Source: a candidate division FCPU426 bacterium (GTDB taxonomy: Bacteria; Oederibacteriota; Muellerivitia; Muellerivitales; Muellerivitaceae). From it: a stretch of DNA of 64,000 bases. Location: positions 79,651-143,650 of the forward strand of contig CAVYSE010000020.1 of NCBI GenBank assembly GCA_963771075.1, written 5' to 3'. The notes under the pieces were generated by a model. That model was not told where the DNA came from. It searched no databases and saw nothing but the letters and a program-made list of their open reading frames with translations. Positions 57,886 to 64,000 of this stretch are shown piece by piece. The position numbers and the translations under genes were made by a program. The stretch's first letter is position 1, and every line of letters begins with the position of its first letter.

Positions 57886-60800
57886 ATGCTTTCGACTGGG
57901 AAAAAGGGCCTTACTTTTAACCACCCGCGGTTGATCCGAAATCAACTTGTCCTAACGGTATTCCTTTGTTTCCTGTCGATGACCCGGGGAGCGGGCGCTC
58001 AAACACCAACCCCAACCCCGCTTCCGTCTCCTTCGGCCTTCACCGCGGCATCGGGGAATGGGGTGGTGACCTTGGGGTGGAACCCGCTTTCGGGCGCATC
58101 TGATTTTTTCATCTACAGGGCCGAATCAGGGGCTTACTATTCATCCATAACCCCCGTTCCCGTAGCGACCGTCATGGCTTCCGCCAGCCCGTTGACCTAC
58201 ATTGATGGACAGGTCGCGAATGGCGATTCTTATGTTTATACGGTCATGGGGCAGGATTCCTCTGGAAACCTTGGCTCCCCCGCGACCGTAGCGGCTAACC
58301 CCTACGCGCCTCCCCAAGCGATCCAAACCTTGACGGTTCATTCCTTGCACGCCGGAGCCCTGGACCTCTCTTGGCAAGTTCCCCTTTCTTCCTATCCGGT
58401 TACCGGGTATCAGGTCTACCGCTTGGGGGTTACCACCACACCCACTCCTCTGGGGACACCACCGAACGCCTCGCCGACCCCGACCTTTAACACGGGGCCT
58501 ATTCCGGCTTCAACTGTGATCGCGGCGGGTGCTCCTATTACGCAAGTCTCCTTAACATCCTATTCGGATCAACCGCAAACTTTGGCTAATGAGTATTTTT
58601 ATTATGTAGTATTAGGAATGGATTCGAATGGCGTCACTGGATTCACGCCCGCTAATTCAAGTGTGGCCGGATACCCGCAATCCAATAAACCTTACGCCCC
58701 GATATTGTCCGCTGAATTGGCGGCCACTTTGACTCCCGTCCCCGCGAGCGGCGGTTATGGCGTCATGCTCCAATGGACGGGTTCCTTGGATTCCGAGGGG
58801 GTAACGGCTTACCAGGTTTTTTCGAACGGCGCCACATTAGCAACTATCCTTGTGACCCAGACCCCCGTCCCAATCGCGACCTATCAAGACCAGACAATTT
58901 CTTATTCCGCCAATAGTCCGGCGACTTATTCGGTCATGGCTATCAATGGAAACGGAATCAGTTCCATCCTTTCGAACTCGGTTGCCGAAACAATTACCCA
59001 ACCATCCATCAATGGGGTTGTTTCGGCCATTCCCATACCCACCAATGAATCAGTTTCCATTAGCTGGAGCCAGGGAATTACGGGAACCTACGGCATCGCG
59101 GGATATCAAATATTCAAAAGTACTTATCCCAATCCATTGGCAACCACAGGGACCCCAGTTGCTACTCCCACTCCTTTCGCAACGATCATCGTCACCCCTT
59201 TTGGAACACCGACTTTGGTTTGCATAGATTCCGCTGTCACGGACGCAAGTGGCCTAACCTATTGGGTCCAACCCTATGCGGCTGTTACGGCGGGGGGAAT
59301 AGCCACCACGCCAACCTACTTGGATCTGGGCCCGACTCCAGTGGCAACCGTGGCGGTGGCCACAGCCCCGGGAAATAACGCCTTTCAATTGGCTTGGACG
59401 AGCGGTTCTACAGGATTTTATGGAACACCTGTGGCTTATCAAATCTACCGCGAGTACTCCACCACCACTACCCCCACCCTTACACCCGTCGCCACGGTTC
59501 CATTTGGACAGATCAACTATACCGATTACGCGAGCGGAGTGACCGCGAATACGTATTTTAGTTATCAAATTTCCGTCCTGGATTCTTTGCAAAATCAATC
59601 CGACCTATCTCCCTCTTCGAATAGCGTTTATATCAATTCCAGTTCGCCATTAAGCCCTCCCTTGGCCCCGGTGGCGCTTCCGGTCGTGGGAGGACCGAAT
59701 ACTTTGGTTTTTCCATGGCTGTTGAACCCGACCACGGACGCAGTCACCGTTTACAATGTCTATGGTTTCGATTATCCAACGAACCCAAGCGTCACGCCCC
59801 TCAGTACTTATGTGCCCCCTGTGACTTCACCAACCATGACACCCGTTTTTGTATCGCCCGCCACCCCTTGGGTCGTGAATAATTATTACTTAACGGCCCA
59901 GGGCCCGTCGGGTTCCAGCCTGCCCACAACCCTATCTTGCCTCGGCGCTTCGGCTATTACCTTATCGGCGGCCATACCTCCCACTACCCAGGCAGTTTCC
60001 CTCTCTTGGAATGTGAACGTTCCGACGACCACTCCGCCTCCATTGGATAGTTTTGATGTTTATCGTTCCGTTATCCAGGGAAGTCAATTTACCCCAATTG
60101 CCACCGTCCTTTACCCAACCATGGTTTATACGGATACGACCGCTTCGGCGGGACAATCTTTCTATTATCGCGTCACGGCCCGGTCCAATGGGGTGGAGAG
60201 TTCGCTGCACCCTTATCCCCGGATCACGCCAAGTTCGGAAACGGGGATATTCACTTGGCCCACGGCTCCCGTCAGTTTGACGGCCAGTGGCGCGGTTTCT
60301 TTCACCACATTGAGTTGGTCGGCTAATCCCGGCTCCGACGGCGTCAGTTATTATATGATCCTTCAAAACGGCACTCCGGTTGCCACGGTTATCCCAACCC
60401 CCAATGCCACGATCATTGCCGCGACGATCCAGGATACGCCGGGGGTGGAAACGGGATATCAGGTGGCAGCCCAAAACAACCAGGGAAGCAACGCCTCATC
60501 TGTTTCGGTATTGCTTTCTTATAACGCCGTTCCAACCCTAAGCCTGGGACCCCCAACTTGGGTGAGTCCAACGCCTAATGCCACCCCCGCCTATCCCGCG
60601 GGCGTTTGGATTTCAGGGTTCTCTTTCAACAGCACTCCAACCCCGGGAACAGGGGTGAATAGCTATTCCATTTTCCGCTCGATAGTGGCAACCCCCATAT
60701 CCATGTGCGTCACATGTTGGACCCTGATTGGTACCGTTACGGCGCCGACTTCCTTGACGACCGCTACTCCAGTTGTATTCTTTGATTCGGCCGTCCCGAA

Positions 60801-62466
60801 TGGTGGCCCGGTAAGCGGCTATGTGAACTATTACCAAATAGTTCCTCAGAACGGTTCGATATCTGGCAACCCCAACCCGCCCGGGGCCATTCCGGTAACC
60901 TTCTGGCCGGCCGCACCGGCAAGCCTCGTTTCTCGGGTGTCGGCGACCGGCACTACCATCAACTTGGCTTGGTCCCAGGCGGGCAACGCGCCGGTGACGG
61001 GTTATGATGTTTATCGAAGTACCTATGCTTTCTCCCCAACCACCTATTTATCCAGCACATCGGGTTCAGTCACGACCTTCTCCGATAATGGTCCGCTCAC
61101 CTATGGGGTTGCCTATTATTATTGGGTTGATGCAGGAGCCCAGGGAGTGACCAGCGCCCCGGCAAGCATGGGAGCTTTGGCGGTCGCCGCACCGACGCTG
61201 ATCCTTACCCCCGGCCCTGCGGTCAATAACTTGTACTGGAATCCTGTGGCAGTGCCGACGGGGAGTCCCGTTACGGGTTATTCCGTCGAAAGTATGACCC
61301 TACCCTCCATCCCCATCCCTCCCCTGACCCCCACCCCGGGATTTGTGGCCATTGGGCCTTCCATTATCGAGGGCCTGAATAACACCCAATACGCTGACAA
61401 TAGCGTTCAGGACTCGAATTCTTATGTGTATCAGGTCGCGGCCGCGGCCAATAATCCGTGGGGTGGAAGCCCCCTTCTCGGCGCGTTTTCAAATCGAGTG
61501 GGGGTAGGCGTTACAGTTGTCCCACAGCCCGTTAGCAATTTGCAGGCGGTTTCGGGGGACGGATTGGTCCAACTTCGCTGGAATTATCAGGGGACACAAA
61601 AATTCACTTACATTCTTCAACGGAAATTGGGTTCGGCACCCGTGTCGGAGTACCAAACCATCAAATCGTCTTTCCAAGGGGTGAATTACACCGACACGGG
61701 GGTTCTGGACAAAACACTTTACAACTATCAGGTGATCAGCGTTGACTCGGGCGGATTGACGTCCATACCGGCAGTGGTTTCTGCGCTGCCTGCGGCTCCA
61801 CCTATCGTTGTAAGCCCGCAGGTATCCCTTCTTCAAAACCAGGCAGGAAATCAGTTAACCTGGGCGCCGGCCAATTATCCCACCAACAATTATGATCCAA
61901 CCCGTATGTATCCTTTGGGCGGATACTATGTCAACCGTTCCACGGATGGAGGAGGAACCTATCAATTGGTGGCGGTTGTTTCCAGTTCCCAAGGTGTGAC
62001 CAATAATATCTCTTATACCGATCCGGTGACCCTGGTGAATGGGTCCACTAACACCTATCTCATTGAGGCTTTTGACTCCCCCGCGGGCGCCTCGGTCAGC
62101 AACGTTAGCATGGTCCATGAAACTCCCTACAATCCCATAACCGCTTACCCCTTGAGCGCCGGAGCTGCTTTGGATTGCAATGCCATTCGGCCTAATGGAC
62201 CTACACCTGTACTTCATGTTCGATTCGTGGTCACGAACCCCGGCAAGGTGGAAATTAAGGTTTACACCTTGACGGGTACCTACATCAAAACAATATTTGA
62301 GAATGACAATGTACCCATCGGGGTTTGGGGCTTGCCCGGCAATCAGTATCCCGTCTTTTGGGACGCTCGCAATATGGGTGGTGCTCTGGTGGCATCGGGT
62401 GTTTATCTGGTGACCGTGGAAATGAACGGGCACCAGGAAATCGACAAGGTGGCTGTTATCAAGTAA
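57886..62466 (+). CDS. Large exported FN3-repeat, Thr/Pro-rich protein with FlgD-Ig/T9SS-like C-terminal domain
   Basis: Signal peptide; roughly a dozen LxW..Y.VYR..Y.V.A repeats; ends IKVYTLTG..WDARNMGG..VASGVYLV..KVAVIK. Confidence 0.85.
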   Translation: MLSTGKKGLTFNHPRLIRNQLVLTVFLCFLSMTRGAGAQTPTPTPLPSPSAFTAASGNGVVTLGWNPLSGASDFFIYRAESGAYYSSITPVPVATVMASASPLTYIDGQVANGDSYVYTVMGQDSSGNLGSPATVAANPYAPPQAIQTLTVHSLHAGALDLSWQVPLSSYPVTGYQVYRLGVTTTPTPLGTPPNASPTPTFNTGPIPASTVIAAGAPITQVSLTSYSDQPQTLANEYFYYVVLGMDSNGVTGFTPANSSVAGYPQSNKPYAPILSAELAATLTPVPASGGYGVMLQWTGSLDSEGVTAYQVFSNGATLATILVTQTPVPIATYQDQTISYSANSPATYSVMAINGNGISSILSNSVAETITQPSINGVVSAIPIPTNESVSISWSQGITGTYGIAGYQIFKSTYPNPLATTGTPVATPTPFATIIVTPFGTPTLVCIDSAVTDASGLTYWVQPYAAVTAGGIATTPTYLDLGPTPVATVAVATAPGNNAFQLAWTSGSTGFYGTPVAYQIYREYSTTTTPTLTPVATVPFGQINYTDYASGVTANTYFSYQISVLDSLQNQSDLSPSSNSVYINSSSPLSPPLAPVALPVVGGPNTLVFPWLLNPTTDAVTVYNVYGFDYPTNPSVTPLSTYVPPVTSPTMTPVFVSPATPWVVNNYYLTAQGPSGSSLPTTLSCLGASAITLSAAIPPTTQAVSLSWNVNVPTTTPPPLDSFDVYRSVIQGSQFTPIATVLYPTMVYTDTTASAGQSFYYRVTARSNGVESSLHPYPRITPSSETGIFTWPTAPVSLTASGAVSFTTLSWSANPGSDGVSYYMILQNGTPVATVIPTPNATIIAATIQDTPGVETGYQVAAQNNQGSNASSVSVLLSYNAVPTLSLGPPTWVSPTPNATPAYPAGVWISGFSFNSTPTPGTGVNSYSIFRSIVATPISMCVTCWTLIGTVTAPTSLTTATPVVFFDSAVPNGGPVSGYVNYYQIVPQNGSISGNPNPPGAIPVTFWPAAPASLVSRVSATGTTINLAWSQAGNAPVTGYDVYRSTYAFSPTTYLSSTSGSVTTFSDNGPLTYGVAYYYWVDAGAQGVTSAPASMGALAVAAPTLILTPGPAVNNLYWNPVAVPTGSPVTGYSVESMTLPSIPIPPLTPTPGFVAIGPSIIEGLNNTQYADNSVQDSNSYVYQVAAAANNPWGGSPLLGAFSNRVGVGVTVVPQPVSNLQAVSGDGLVQLRWNYQGTQKFTYILQRKLGSAPVSEYQTIKSSFQGVNYTDTGVLDKTLYNYQVISVDSGGLTSIPAVVSALPAAPPIVVSPQVSLLQNQAGNQLTWAPANYPTNNYDPTRMYPLGGYYVNRSTDGGGTYQLVAVVSSSQGVTNNISYTDPVTLVNGSTNTYLIEAFDSPAGASVSNVSMVHETPYNPITAYPLSAGAALDCNAIRPNGPTPVLHVRFVVTNPGKVEIKVYTLTGTYIKTIFENDNVPIGVWGLPGNQYPVFWDARNMGGALVASGVYLVTVEMNGHQEIDKVAVIK

Positions 62467-62500
62467 AGTACCCTGCGAATCAACCCTTCAGGAGGGTTTT

Positions 62501-63208
62501 GTGGCCACTCCGCTTTGGAACAAAAAATTAAAATGTCCTTTTTGCGTTTTTGAGTTCGAGACGACCCGGCTTCGTTCCTCTGTCATCAAGATCAAGGACA
62601 AACAGACCGATTTTGGAAGTATATATGAAGGAGAGTGCCCCTATTTATACGCCGTTACAGTTTGTCCCCAATGCACTTTTGCGGCCCTGAATAAGGATTT
62701 CGATTCGATACGCGCTGGCGCGGAGCCCATGATCATGGAAGTCAGCAGGCAAATCCGCCAATCGGCCAAGAAAAAACCAAATATTTTCGATCTCGGGATC
62801 TCGACTCCGGAAGTGGCGATCAAACGGCATGAATTGGCCATTACCTTCATGAAAATCAGGAAATATGGGGACCTGGGTATACTGGCGGGGCTTTACCTGC
62901 ATTTGGTATGGATCTATCGCTTAATGCAGGATTACGAAAACGAGAAAAAAGCCATGGCCCAAGCGGCAAAGGCCTATGAAGAGTTTTTTGACAAGGGAAA
63001 CCGGCTTCCGGAGAACCTGGGAGAACCGGGTGTCCTTTATTTGATCGGCGAACTCAACCGGCGGCAAGGCTTATATAAAGACGCCAGGCGTTTTTACGAA
63101 CGCGCCTTGGCCAGCAAGGAAATCCGGGCTTTTCCCCGTATCGCCGAGATGACGCGTGACATGATGTATGCCGCTAAGCAGCAGATGGAAATGAATGGAA
63201 TCGAATAG
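62501..63208 (+). CDS. DUF2225-family protein (Zn-binding CxxC pairs plus TPR)
   Basis: CPFC, TDF, VCPQC, LYLHLVWIYR, LYLIGELNRRQG. Confidence 0.85.
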   Translation: MATPLWNKKLKCPFCVFEFETTRLRSSVIKIKDKQTDFGSIYEGECPYLYAVTVCPQCTFAALNKDFDSIRAGAEPMIMEVSRQIRQSAKKKPNIFDLGISTPEVAIKRHELAITFMKIRKYGDLGILAGLYLHLVWIYRLMQDYENEKKAMAQAAKAYEEFFDKGNRLPENLGEPGVLYLIGELNRRQGLYKDARRFYERALASKEIRAFPRIAEMTRDMMYAAKQQMEMNGIE

Positions 63209-63251
63209 GTCTTTTGAAGCGGGGTGCGTTGGCTTATTTGAGGGGTTGCCT

Positions 63252-64000
63252 GTGGCTCAGGTTCGATTTTTGTCTTCCTTTTTAGACGCTTTTCTCGACT
63301 TCCTTTTCCCGAAAATATGTGATTTTTGCGGAGCCCGCTTCGAAGTGGGCCTATCCAATACCCTTTGCGTGTCCTGTTTTGACGCCATTTCACCCTATTC
63401 CGATCCAGTTTGTTCGCATTGTGGGGAAGCGCTGGCCCAGGGGGCTTTCGAGGGCTCAACCCTTTTAAGGTGTTTGGATTGTGGTGAAAAGGATTATTTT
63501 CTGGATGAGGTCAGGGCTTATGGGGAATACTCGGGAGCCCTGCGAATCGCCCATCATTCTTTCAAATTTGAGGGAATGGAAGACTTGGGGAGTCTTTTGG
63601 CGGAACGAATGGCCCAAATGATCCCCATGAGTTTTGTTGAAAAAGGCTGCGTTGTTTGCCCTGTCCCGCTAAGTTTGGAACGGGAAAGGGAAAGGGGATA
63701 TAACCCCTCTGAAATTTTGAGCAGGCATATTTCCCTGGCGAAGGGATTGCCAAACAAGAAACTGCTCCAAAAAATCAAATCAGTCCCGCCACAGATGTCC
63801 CTATCGAAGGAACAACGATTACGAAATCCGGAAGGCTCTTATCAAACAATCCCCGGGGTTTCTTTGCCCGAGCGGGTAGTCCTGATTGATGATGTTTTCA
63901 CAACCGGGGCAACCCTGGAAGAATGCGCAAAGGTGCTAAGAAAATCCGGGGTCCAGTGGGTCGGGGCGGCGGTTTGGGGACGGACACCGCTTTATTTTTA
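63252..64000 (+). CDS. comF: ComF-family phosphoribosyltransferase-like protein, runs to the window edge
   Basis: Translated by hand: LDFLFPKICDFC, four CxxC, FKF, PVPL, RGYNPS, LIDDVFTTGATL. Confidence 0.92.
   Translation, partial: MAQVRFLSSFLDAFLDFLFPKICDFCGARFEVGLSNTLCVSCFDAISPYSDPVCSHCGEALAQGAFEGSTLLRCLDCGEKDYFLDEVRAYGEYSGALRIAHHSFKFEGMEDLGSLLAERMAQMIPMSFVEKGCVVCPVPLSLERERERGYNPSEILSRHISLAKGLPNKKLLQKIKSVPPQMSLSKEQRLRNPEGSYQTIPGVSLPERVVLIDDVFTTGATLEECAKVLRKSGVQWVGAAVWGRTPLYF

Noticed and set aside
1..64000. CRISPR arrays, tRNA/rRNA genes, IS elements, prophage
   Set aside because: None seen by eye; repeats are protein-level (TPR, FN3, hexapeptide), and the only tRNA-like sequence belongs to tmRNA.

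Overview
Mostly + strand chromosomal segment from a diderm, LPS-making bacterium. The lineage is uncertain: LpxC-FabZ fusion, Bacillus/Thermotoga-type Che proteins, an SprA-like porin and Thr/Pro-rich exported proteins suggest a poorly characterised phylum (inference). Housekeeping genes include accA, valS, nadC-birA-coaX, dprA, topA, argB, nrdR, cysM-mec, tmRNA, skp-lpxD-lpxC/fabZ-lpxA-lpxI, lptF/G and comF. Two loci stand out. (1) About 11.6-28.7 kb is a chemoreceptor-free CheA/B/C/C/D/R/W/Y/Y cluster. It is joined to a PilT-TPR fusion ATPase, a TsaP-like protein, two all-TPR proteins, an MshEN-CheW fusion, a divergent PII protein and a degenerate GGDEF protein, and is preceded by an intact plus a degenerate DUF2723/TMEM260-like glycosyltransferase. 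(2) About 50-62.5 kb holds a LytS/LytTR pair coupled to an SprA (type IX secretion translocon)-like gene and a 1,500-aa FN3-repeat protein with a T9SS/FlgD-Ig-like C-terminal domain. At least seven single-base frameshifts (TPR gene, topA x4, histidine kinase, sprA) most likely reflect assembly indels. No integrase, transposase or CRISPR array was seen. All family calls are from motif recognition by eye, not database searches.
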